Source: Candidatus Hydrogenedentota bacterium (GTDB taxonomy: Bacteria; Hydrogenedentota; Hydrogenedentia; Hydrogenedentales; SLHB01). From it: 64,000 nt of DNA. The position numbers and the translations under genes were made by a program. This document shows positions 56,436-64,000 of this stretch, piece after piece. Each line of letters starts with the position of its first letter. Positions within the stretch are counted from its first letter, which is position 1. The stretch is taken from assembly GCA_045863295.1 (NCBI GenBank), contig BTWA01000032.1:8144-72143 (forward strand), in the 5' to 3' direction. Below the pieces are notes generated by a model that searched no databases, was not told where the DNA came from, and was given only the letters and a program-made list of their open reading frames with translations.

Positions 56436-56619
56436 TCCGGGCCGCCCTTCACCCCGGCCGTTTCTGGGCGTGCGCTTCAATTGTTGCGGTGTTTACAGCC
56501 GCATCTACCTCAATCGCACCGGAACTGCGTTCGCGGGGCATTGTCCTCGTTGCGCCGCCCCCCTCACCATCAAAGTGGGGCCCGGCGGAAGCGACTCCAA
56601 ATTCTGGGTTGTTGAATAA
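56425..56619 (+). CDS. Small Cys-rich (zinc-ribbon-like) protein
   Basis: AAGGAG RBS, FLGVRFNCCGVYSRIY...GHCPRC. Confidence 0.75.
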   Translation: MKSNPGRPSPRPFLGVRFNCCGVYSRIYLNRTGTAFAGHCPRCAAPLTIKVGPGGSDSKFWVVE

Positions 56620-56847
56620 AACCCGCTTGCCGGTTGTTTTCTCGTTGGTCGCTCAATGCGAAAGCAGGAAATCGAACGGGGATTACTTGCCAGTAACGTG
56701 CCGAAATGCGAAATAACGCCGGCAACCGGATTCTCGCCTGATCCTGTCACTTCCATATAACTTCCTCATACCAGAACGCTTATAAACGAAACTGCTGCAT
56801 CCACCGCACGCAACAAGCGGGGGTACGCGAACAAAGGACGTGGCCAT

Positions 56848-58146
56848 ATGGTCAAACATAAGGTGCTCATCATCGGCGGCGGATTTGCCGGCCTGTGCTG
56901 CGCCCGCAAACTAACCCATCCCGATATCGAAGTGACGCTCATCGACAAAAGGAACTTTCATCTGTTCCAGCCGCTTCTCTATCAGGTCGCAACCGGAGGG
57001 CTGTCACCAGCCAACATCGCCGCACCGCTCCGATCCCTCGTGCGCACTCAGGAAAATGTCACCGTCCTTCTCGGCGAAGTTACTACGTTTCACACAGACA
57101 GAAAAACTGTCGATACCACCATCGGCGTGCTTTCATACGACACGCTGGTGGTGGCCGCCGGGGCCGCCCATTCCTACTTCGGACACCCGGAATGGGAACA
57201 GTACGCCCCCGGATTGAAAACCATCGAGGAGGCCACTGAAATCCGGAGCCGCATCCTCCTGGCCTTTGAGGAAGCCGAGAGGACCAAAGACCCTGAAGAG
57301 CGTTCGAGTCTCATGACCTTCGTGATCATCGGCGGCGGACCCACCGGGGTGGAGTTGGCAGGTGCGCTCAGCGAAATCGCGCGCCACACATTCGTCGATG
57401 ACTTCAAGGAAATCTTCCCCGAAGAAGCCCGCGTGTTGCTCATTGAACACGCCGATCGTGTGCTGCCCTTCTACCCGAAATCGCTCACCGATAAAGCGCT
57501 CGGACATCTGACGTCGCTCGGCATCCGCGTCATGACAGGCTCCAAAGTGACCGACATAGGCCCCGGAGGGGTAACAGTCGATCGCAACGGCGCCAGCGAG
57601 TTCATCAAGGCCCGCACCGTACTCTGGGCAGCAGGCGTGCAGGCGTCGCCCCTTGCCCGGCTAATTGCCGAGGCTACTGGCGCAGCGAGCGACCGGTCAG
57701 GCCGAGTCGAAGTCGACCGGTATCTGAATATTCCAGGTCACCCCGATATTTTTGTCGTGGGCGACATGGCTTGCTTTAAACAACAGAGCGATAAACCACT
57801 GCCCGGACTCGCGCCCGTGGCCATGCAACAAGGGCGCCACGTCGCCAGAATTATCAACAACCGGTTCCTGAAAAAGGCGAGCAAGCCCTTTCGCTATACC
57901 GACCGCGGTTCCATGGCCACCATCGGCCGCGGTAAAGCCGTCGCGCAGATCGGCGAAATCCGGTTCAGCGGATACGCCGCCTGGCTCGCATGGCTGTTCA
58001 TCCATCTGATGTATCTGGTGCAGTTTCAAAACCGCGTGCTCGTACTGTTCCAATGGTCATGGAACTACTGGACATGGAACCGCGCCGCCAGGCTCATTAC
58101 CGGCGATACTCCCGGGGAACAAGCAACCGCTTCGCAACAGTCGTAA
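56848..58146 (+). CDS. ndh: Type II NADH dehydrogenase family FAD oxidoreductase
   Basis: GGGFAG, FQPLLYQVATG, GGGPTGVELAG, WAAGV, A.QQG, GSMATIGR. Confidence 0.92.
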   Translation: MVKHKVLIIGGGFAGLCCARKLTHPDIEVTLIDKRNFHLFQPLLYQVATGGLSPANIAAPLRSLVRTQENVTVLLGEVTTFHTDRKTVDTTIGVLSYDTLVVAAGAAHSYFGHPEWEQYAPGLKTIEEATEIRSRILLAFEEAERTKDPEERSSLMTFVIIGGGPTGVELAGALSEIARHTFVDDFKEIFPEEARVLLIEHADRVLPFYPKSLTDKALGHLTSLGIRVMTGSKVTDIGPGGVTVDRNGASEFIKARTVLWAAGVQASPLARLIAEATGAASDRSGRVEVDRYLNIPGHPDIFVVGDMACFKQQSDKPLPGLAPVAMQQGRHVARIINNRFLKKASKPFRYTDRGSMATIGRGKAVAQIGEIRFSGYAAWLAWLFIHLMYLVQFQNRVLVLFQWSWNYWTWNRAARLITGDTPGEQATASQQS

Positions 58147-58149
58147 TTC

Positions 58150-59733
58150 CTATCGCGCGTCTGGCTCCGCCTGCGTGCGCGCAATTAACGCCGTGCGGGG
58201 CGCAAGCAAGTACGCGTTCACGCGGAGGAAGCGCTGCATCTCCAGCACATCGAAATACTCGTTGAGATGGTTCACGAATGCATCATCGGGGAACGGATCG
58301 GCGCTCAGATACCAGACGTACTTCGGATTACGGTTTGCGACCAACCCGTCCAGGGCATCCGTCCCGTCACGTCCTGCGACCAACGCGGGCCGCATGTCCG
58401 AACCAAACCGCTTCAAGTAGTAGTCGTATGTAAATGGCAAGTTCGACAACACCACAAGTTCCGCGTCGGGATATAGCCCTTCTCGATCCACCACGTACCC
58501 GATCGCCTCGCGAAATTGGTCTTTGTGGGGATAGGCATAATAACCGGACGTAACCAGACGCAATGCGCAAACCCCCACCACCATGCCCGCGAAACACCAT
58601 GACAACGCCTTCGGCACGGGAATCCGCGCCACCGCGAACGCCACCGCCAGATAAACCGCCGGCATGGAAATGATGAGATTTCGGTGTGTAAAGATCGAAG
58701 CCGACGTGACAGACTTGGCGTACGCCAGCAGAAACGGGATCACTAGCCACGCCACCAACAAGCCCACCCCCGTCAAGGCGGCACTCCATCGCCCCCCACG
58801 ATACGCGGCCCATACGGTCCCGCAGAAGGAAAAAGCCAAAAGCAACATCACAAGCCATACAACCAACCACGATGCCCATGTTCCCGTCTGGCCGTGGCTG
58901 AACGCGGAATTCAAATAGTCGCGGAATGCAACGAATACATTGACGTCCACCGGTGGCATTTGCGGACCGTTTGCCTGATTCCGCAGATGGCCCCACATGC
59001 TTGGCAGCCACGGAAGAAATGCTAGTGCAATACATCCAAACAAGGCCGTGGCTCGTGCCAGATGCAAGGGCTTGCGCAACAACAGCGCAAACGTCAACAA
59101 GCCCTGCAGAAAAACAAAGAGCAAACCGAAATAGTGCAGATAGCAGCAACCGATCGCGGCGATCGCATACACCGCAAGACCCCACACAGGCGCCGGACGC
59201 CGCGCATCCCACGCCTCAATGACATACGTCCAGGCCAATACACAGATCAGCACGAGACATTGAAGCAGTGCGTACGGACGCGCCTCCTGTGAATAGTAAA
59301 TGGGGAAGAGAAGAAACGCCAACAGTCCTGCCGAAATTGCCGCCACCCGCCGGTTGCCAGCGCGAAGCGCCACCAAATACAACAGCGGAACGGATAACGT
59401 GCCCGCAACCGCGCTCGGAAACCGAAGCATCCATTCGGAGATCCCGCCAACGGCCATCACGTAGTGCGTGAACACGCCATACCCCGGCGGATACAAATTC
59501 CACGATCGATCCGCGAACACAACATCCCGAAGCGACGAGTAGGCTCCCGTGTGCCACGTCGCGATTTCGTCAAACCACAGCGACTGACGGCCCAGCGCGT
59601 AGAATCGAACCACGGCCGCCGCGGCCGTGAAAACCAATGGCAAGACAAGGCCCCTTCGCGACTTCAATTCGCTTCGCAGCGGATGAAAGTGCAGGCGAGG
59701 CTGTAAACGTTCGCATTCGCCGGATTCGGACAT
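58150..59733 (-). CDS. GT39/ArnT-like membrane glycosyltransferase
   Basis: SLWFDE, YPPGY, LRFPS, YSQEARPY, multiple TM segments. Confidence 0.88.
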   Translation of the reverse strand: MSESGECERLQPRLHFHPLRSELKSRRGLVLPLVFTAAAAVVRFYALGRQSLWFDEIATWHTGAYSSLRDVVFADRSWNLYPPGYGVFTHYVMAVGGISEWMLRFPSAVAGTLSVPLLYLVALRAGNRRVAAISAGLLAFLLFPIYYSQEARPYALLQCLVLICVLAWTYVIEAWDARRPAPVWGLAVYAIAAIGCCYLHYFGLLFVFLQGLLTFALLLRKPLHLARATALFGCIALAFLPWLPSMWGHLRNQANGPQMPPVDVNVFVAFRDYLNSAFSHGQTGTWASWLVVWLVMLLLAFSFCGTVWAAYRGGRWSAALTGVGLLVAWLVIPFLLAYAKSVTSASIFTHRNLIISMPAVYLAVAFAVARIPVPKALSWCFAGMVVGVCALRLVTSGYYAYPHKDQFREAIGYVVDREGLYPDAELVVLSNLPFTYDYYLKRFGSDMRPALVAGRDGTDALDGLVANRNPKYVWYLSADPFPDDAFVNHLNEYFDVLEMQRFLRVNAYLLAPRTALIARTQAEPDAR

Positions 59734-59888
59734 ATCCACACGAAACTCCATGTGCGGCTGTACCGGTACAAGGCAGGTCGGCCACGGACACAACGAATCT
59801 TCCGTAGCAATTTTCAGTGTAACACAGGTGAGTAATACGATCAATACATTATGGAAAAGCGCGTGACAGAATATTGGTGTGAAAAAAG

Positions 59889-60182
59889 CTAAAAACCGTA
59901 TTCCCGCTCCACCCGGCAGACCCGGACCCGGTACCACCGGTACCACTCCCGGCCTCGACCCTGAGCGTCCAGATGCTCCAGATTCGATTTCCACGCCCGG
60001 ATAGCGTCCAGGCTCTCCCAGTACGAAACCGATATCCCTATCTCCGAACGCGCCGACTCGAACCCCAAGTACCCCGGTTGTTCCTTCGCCAACGCCACCA
60101 TACGCTCCGCCATTTCGGCATAGCCCTGGTCTCCGTCCGTGCGAACAGAAGTGAAAATAACGGCATAGTAGGGAGGGTTCAT
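59889..60182 (-). CDS. Antibiotic biosynthesis monooxygenase (ABM) family protein
   Basis: PPYYAVIFTS, QPGYLGFESAR, ISVSYW, H..AQ..GR.WY. Confidence 0.88.
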   Translation of the reverse strand: MNPPYYAVIFTSVRTDGDQGYAEMAERMVALAKEQPGYLGFESARSEIGISVSYWESLDAIRAWKSNLEHLDAQGRGREWYRWYRVRVCRVEREYGF

Positions 60183-60545
60183 TCGATCATCTTCCTGAAG
60201 TATGTTTGCGTTTACGATGGGTAGAGGCGCGTGGAACGGCTTTACGGACTGCACCGCTCTTACGTCGCCTGCAACAAATGCGTCCAATTCAGGCACATAC
60301 CCTTGGCCAAACGCAACGGAACCCATCCAAGGAATCGTTGCACAATGCATACCTTTCTGAGACCTGGCCCGCAAAATGGCCGCAATCACAACCTGCAATG
60401 GCCCATGCGGTAACGTGCGCTTTCAACGCTCCATGTAAGGGTTCGAAATTTGCCGGGGACTTTTCGAATGCTTCAAGCCCAGCGATTGCTACGCGTGTCA
60501 CGCAGTACAGTTGATTCCCTCGCTCACCCCATGCACCATAACCGT

Positions 60546-61253
60546 ATGACTGCCCAGAACAGCCGCACCGATTGGCGCCAAGTCGCGATCCTCATCGCGT
60601 TGGCGCTAGGCATTGGGCTGTTGTGGAGCACCATAGCGGTCTATCCCCTGCGCGTGTTGGTGGTTCTGTTCCACGAACTCAGCCACGGCGCCGCGGCCAT
60701 TCTCACGGGCGGCGAAATTGTCGAAATCCATATCGACTACCGCGAAGGCGGACACTGCCTAACACGCGGCGGCATTCAGTTCCTTATCGTGTCGGCCGGC
60801 TACGTCGGCAGCCTCGTCTGCGGCGCGGCAATCCTATACGCCACCACCCGCACGCGTTCCGCTCACTATCTCGCGGGCATACTCGGCGCAATCCTGCTCC
60901 TCGCAACCTGGATCTGGATTCGGCCATTCATCGGCTTCGGCTTTGTCTTTGCAAACCTCGCCTCCGCCGCACTGCTCCTGACCGCCTTCCACCTGCCCCA
61001 CAATCCCAATGACATCGTGCTGAAAGTCATTGGACTCACGAGTTGCCTCTATGCCCCCCTCGATATCAAGAGCGATATCTTCGACACCTCCCATGCCACC
61101 TCCGACGCAACCCTGCTCGCACAACAAACCGGCATCCCGGCCTTCATCTGGGGAACCCTCTGGCTTACCGCATCGCTCGCGATCGCGTTGTTCACCCTGC
61201 GAAAAGTCTGCACATCCACCACAAGCATAAACGCCGACAGTCCTCGTGTTTGA
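60546..61253 (+). CDS. M50B-family membrane metallopeptidase
   Basis: YP...V.FHELSHG, SAGY.GS, SDA..LA. Confidence 0.85.
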   Translation: MTAQNSRTDWRQVAILIALALGIGLLWSTIAVYPLRVLVVLFHELSHGAAAILTGGEIVEIHIDYREGGHCLTRGGIQFLIVSAGYVGSLVCGAAILYATTRTRSAHYLAGILGAILLLATWIWIRPFIGFGFVFANLASAALLLTAFHLPHNPNDIVLKVIGLTSCLYAPLDIKSDIFDTSHATSDATLLAQQTGIPAFIWGTLWLTASLAIALFTLRKVCTSTTSINADSPRV

Positions 61254-61291
61254 ACGGTGGGCATGAAGGCCGTGCTATGGCGCGGACGTAA

Positions 61292-61723
61292 TTAGGCCAG
61301 TGGATTGGTCACACGAAGACCGCGGAACCGGCTGAAACCGCTATCCGCAGTGCACAAGGTCAAACCGTGCTCAATGGCCAGCGCCGCCAAATGGGCATCA
61401 GGAACATGGTTTCCCTGGAGAAACGACTGCGATGCGATCAACGTGCCCAGCACGTCCACGTGGCGCTCCGTCGGATTCGGTATCCAAACGGTGTCACACG
61501 CAATCCAATCGCAAATTTGTTCCCAGGCCACTGTAATCGGTTCGGGCAATTCAAACACGCGCGGATTCGTTACAATGCGCAAGAAAGACGTCAAGCTGGA
61601 CCAAGGCAATCCAACCGGAGATGCGCCGTTAAGTTGTTCGTCCAACCATTGGACCGCCCGGCCATGCTGCGCAAGCGATTCCACATGGGCATAGATCAGC
61701 AAATTGGCATCGACCAGAATCAC
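61292..61723 (-). CDS. vapC: VapC PIN-domain toxin
   Basis: ILVDANLLIYA, FLRIVTNPR, GN.VPDAHLAALAIEHG, D..F.RF.GL..NPL. Confidence 0.93.
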   Translation of the reverse strand: MILVDANLLIYAHVESLAQHGRAVQWLDEQLNGASPVGLPWSSLTSFLRIVTNPRVFELPEPITVAWEQICDWIACDTVWIPNPTERHVDVLGTLIASQSFLQGNHVPDAHLAALAIEHGLTLCTADSGFSRFRGLRVTNPLA

Positions 61724-61968
61724 CGGTAATCGTCGCCTTCGGCAATGGCCAAAACGTCCGGAATACAATCCAAACTGCCAATCTTGCATCGGCCCAACGA
61801 AACAGATCGCGTCTTGAACGTGCCGGACTGCTTGGACCCGCCCTGCAACGACTTCAGTCCGGCGCGCAAGGTGTCGTTAACGACGTCCTTAAAAGAAGCG
61901 TCACGCGTTTTCCGAAGCCGTTCAAGCGCTTTGGCAACATCATCGTCTAGGGTAAGCGTAGTTCGCAT
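61720..61968 (-). CDS. vapB: VapB ribbon-helix-helix antitoxin
   Basis: MRTTLTLDDDV...SFKDVVN..LR.GL. GTGA overlap with vapC. Confidence 0.9.
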   Translation of the reverse strand: MRTTLTLDDDVAKALERLRKTRDASFKDVVNDTLRAGLKSLQGGSKQSGTFKTRSVSLGRCKIGSLDCIPDVLAIAEGDDYR

Positions 61969-61975
61969 GGAATCC

Positions 61976-62004
61976 ATCGTAATCCTATGATGTAGTGATG
62001 TCAA
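61976..62004 (-). promoter_or_regulatory. vapBC promoter, probably giving a leaderless mRNA
   Basis: Minus strand TTGACA-N17-TACGAT, ending 7 nt before the ATG. CATC/GATG repeats lie around it. Confidence 0.7.
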
Positions 62005-62161
62005 GGCAATTGCATCTTGATGATAACCCCTGTTCCCTCGCGCCTCGCACGACGTGCGCGACAGGTGCATCGGATACGGGTAAAAACAGGGGGTAAAAAC
62101 AGTGACAGACTACGAATCAAATTGAATTGTGGACCCTCTCTTTCGGTACACATTTCCCATC

Positions 62162-62600
62162 ATGAGCAGAGTAGCACGCATTGTGGTGCCGTGGTTTCTG
62201 CACCATGTGACGTAGCGGGGGAACCGGCGGGCGGATGTCTTCGAGACGGATGACGACCGCCTCGCGTACTTGCGGTTTCTGAAGACGTACGGCGATCGGC
62301 ATGGCCTTGACATCTGGGCGTATTGCCTGATGACGAACCACATTCGCCTCATTGTCGTGCCGGAACGGGAAGAGTCGCTGGGGCGGGCGTTGCGCGACGC
62401 GCACACGGTGTATGCGATGCGCTTCAACACGCGCACGCAAATGACCGGCCACGAGTGGCAGGGGCGTTTTTATTCGTGCGTGCTTGACGAATCCCACCTG
62501 TGGGCGGCCGTACGCTACGTGGAGCGCAATCCCATCCGCGCGGGGATGGTGAAGCAGGCCGTGGACTATCCGTGGTTCAGCGCGCGAGCCCACTGCGTCT
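62162..62600 (+). pseudogene. Inactivated REP-associated tyrosine transposase (RAYT/Y1_Tnp)
   Basis: MSRVARIVVP..HHVT*RGNRR with an in-frame TAG at 62213. AYCLMTNHIR (HUH degraded), WQGRFYS, YVERNPIRAG, YPWFS, then the similarity ends. Confidence 0.88.
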
Positions 62601-62606
62601 TTCCCT

Positions 62607-62632
62607 CGTTCCCAAGCTTCCGCTTGGGAACG
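62607..62632. repeat. REP-like palindrome
   Basis: CGTTCCCAAGC-TTCC-GCTTGGGAACG perfect 11-bp inverted repeat at the RAYT breakpoint. Confidence 0.8.
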
Positions 62633-62767
62633 CGCTCCCGAAAAGCTCTGCTTTGTCTTCTTCTCCGTACTGAACTAAAATGCCTTCAACGCGAAAGGAG
62701 GCCCTATGCTGACGTCGCACGCATCCAACCCGCACATCAGCAATAACCGCCTCCCATCAAATCGTCC

Positions 62768-62801
62768 CATCTGCGCCCATCGGCGTTCATCTGCGGATAA
62801 A
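62768..62801 (-). repeat. Dispersed short repeat (CCGCAGATGAACGCCGATGGGCGCAGAT), copy 2
   Basis: Internal 10-nt periodicity (CAGAT/CCGAT), matches 16126-16158. Confidence 0.6.
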
Positions 62802-62908
62802 ACTCTTCGTCGTCCCCGGAAATGCGTAGTCTTTCCCTGTATTTCCCCTTCTAGCTTAAAGGACCATAAGATCGAAGCCGGAGAAATTAATGGTCACGGT
62901 GACCTTAA

Positions 62909-63226
62909 GTGTCTGATGTAACGTGGCGTGTGAACAAAACGATTTCGGAGCCGTTACTCTTGTCTCAGCGATGCCAAATCTGTGTTGCAGTTTCTATCAA
63001 GACATTGATTGCTTTGTTGTTTTCGTCTGGAGGCATCATTTCAACTTTTGCTCTCTTAGGACTGCCATTACCTGAATGGTTATCGCTCGATGCAAAGCAC
63101 ATAAGTGGATTCGCAAAGTTGGCCGCGTTTGTCTCTGTTTGTTTGTGTGTTTATATATCAATCAAAGAAGTTTGGGATATTGTTATTCTGTTCTCGCGCA
63201 ATTCTGATGCGCAACGTTCGAGATAG
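62909..63226 (+). CDS. Hypothetical 2-TM protein in an AT-richer segment
   Basis: Two hydrophobic segments, no motif. Confidence 0.4.
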   Translation: MSDVTWRVNKTISEPLLLSQRCQICVAVSIKTLIALLFSSGGIISTFALLGLPLPEWLSLDAKHISGFAKLAAFVSVCLCVYISIKEVWDIVILFSRNSDAQRSR

Positions 63227-63290
63227 GGGAAAACAGGAACAGGGTAAAATAGGGACTGAGAGAATATCCGGGGTGGAGAGAGTGGATTCA

Positions 63291-63962
63291 ATGAAGGGCG
63301 AGTGCAAGTATTCCCGCGAATTCAACGTTTGTATGTTTGGACTTGTCGTATTGCTTCTGGCCGGTTGCCGGTTTAGCAATCAGGCCGAAACGAGCACAGG
63401 TGCGGTACGCCAAAACCATGCCATACACCGATATGCGGGCGAGTTGCTGGAGACAATTGCGCTTTCAGGGACTAAGCTCGACGAAAATGGAGCAAGATTG
63501 TTGATTGCCAGAGCCCCCTCGAACCGCCACAAGCAAATCAGGGATTCGGATCTTGCTCCGACTTCTATTCAAGTGGGCAGGGTTACGTTTAACTCTGACA
63601 AGGCAAATATTGGCATCAAAATAAGAGTCTCAAATGTTTCAAAGGAAGACTATGAATTAGTAGTTGCCGATACTTACATCGGAATTCCCAATTCTTCGCC
63701 GAAAGATAGCAGTCGATGGAGCAAGGTTCAGCAGCAAAGTAACGTCATCGTATATCCAGGAACCGTGGTCTTCGGGGTTGCGGAAGAGTACATAGATACG
63801 AGTGCGGAACCATCTCTGTTAGCTGGCAACGAAGAAAAGACGTTCGACATAGGCTTTGATAGCGTACTTGACGTGCCGCCACGATTCGTAGTTACTTTTC
63901 GGCAAAGCTCGATTGGCAAACTTGTTGTATTTATTGTCGAGTGTCCAAAGTATCGCGACTAG
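63291..63962 (+). CDS. Hypothetical lipoprotein
   Basis: VVLLLAGC lipobox, AT-richer composition. Confidence 0.6.
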   Translation: MKGECKYSREFNVCMFGLVVLLLAGCRFSNQAETSTGAVRQNHAIHRYAGELLETIALSGTKLDENGARLLIARAPSNRHKQIRDSDLAPTSIQVGRVTFNSDKANIGIKIRVSNVSKEDYELVVADTYIGIPNSSPKDSSRWSKVQQQSNVIVYPGTVVFGVAEEYIDTSAEPSLLAGNEEKTFDIGFDSVLDVPPRFVVTFRQSSIGKLVVFIVECPKYRD

Positions 63963-64000
63963 CCTTGGTGGGTTCTCTGTGCTGCTCGTACTGGTTTTCA

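Noticed and set aside
62213..62215. In-frame TAG in the RAYT gene as pyrrolysine or stop-codon reassignment
   Set aside because: TAG ends normal genes in this window (hemS, pilT), and the gene has other inactivating lesions. A simple CAG>TAG mutation is more parsimonious.
1..64000. CRISPR arrays, tRNA or rRNA genes
   Set aside because: No regularly spaced repeats or cloverleaf/rRNA signatures were seen in the intergenic regions by eye.

Overview
GC-rich bacterial chromosomal segment. It most likely comes from Candidatus Hydrogenedentes or a related PVC-like lineage, inferred from two DUF1559 prepilin-type genes carrying an 'RLRxGIERxxxTxINSPA' block. Contents in order: arsenic resistance (arsM, acr3); a heme ABC uptake operon (hmuTUV, hemS) headed by a pilin-like gene rather than a TonB-dependent receptor; a YtrA/GntR-ABC operon with three paralogous permeases and a second pilin-like gene; an MFS transporter; an orphan antitoxin with a deleted toxin; a GH63-like glucosidase; a ferric-reductase/Rieske fusion; a znuACB / Fur / P1B-ATPase metal locus; a photolyase followed by a strongly structured RNA leader and an unknown gene; a 6-PAS hybrid kinase; a BldC/Xis-like HTH operon with 10-bp tandem repeats and three paralogous membrane micro-proteins; a ZTP riboswitch ahead of the gcvT-H-PA-PB plus lipoate ligase operon; an amidase-GerMN-murI-deacetylase-tsaD-pilT cluster; ndh; a GT39 glycosyltransferase; vapBC; and a dead RAYT transposase with REP-like repeats. 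No rRNA, tRNA or CRISPR array was seen. All calls come from reading motifs by eye, and no searches were run.
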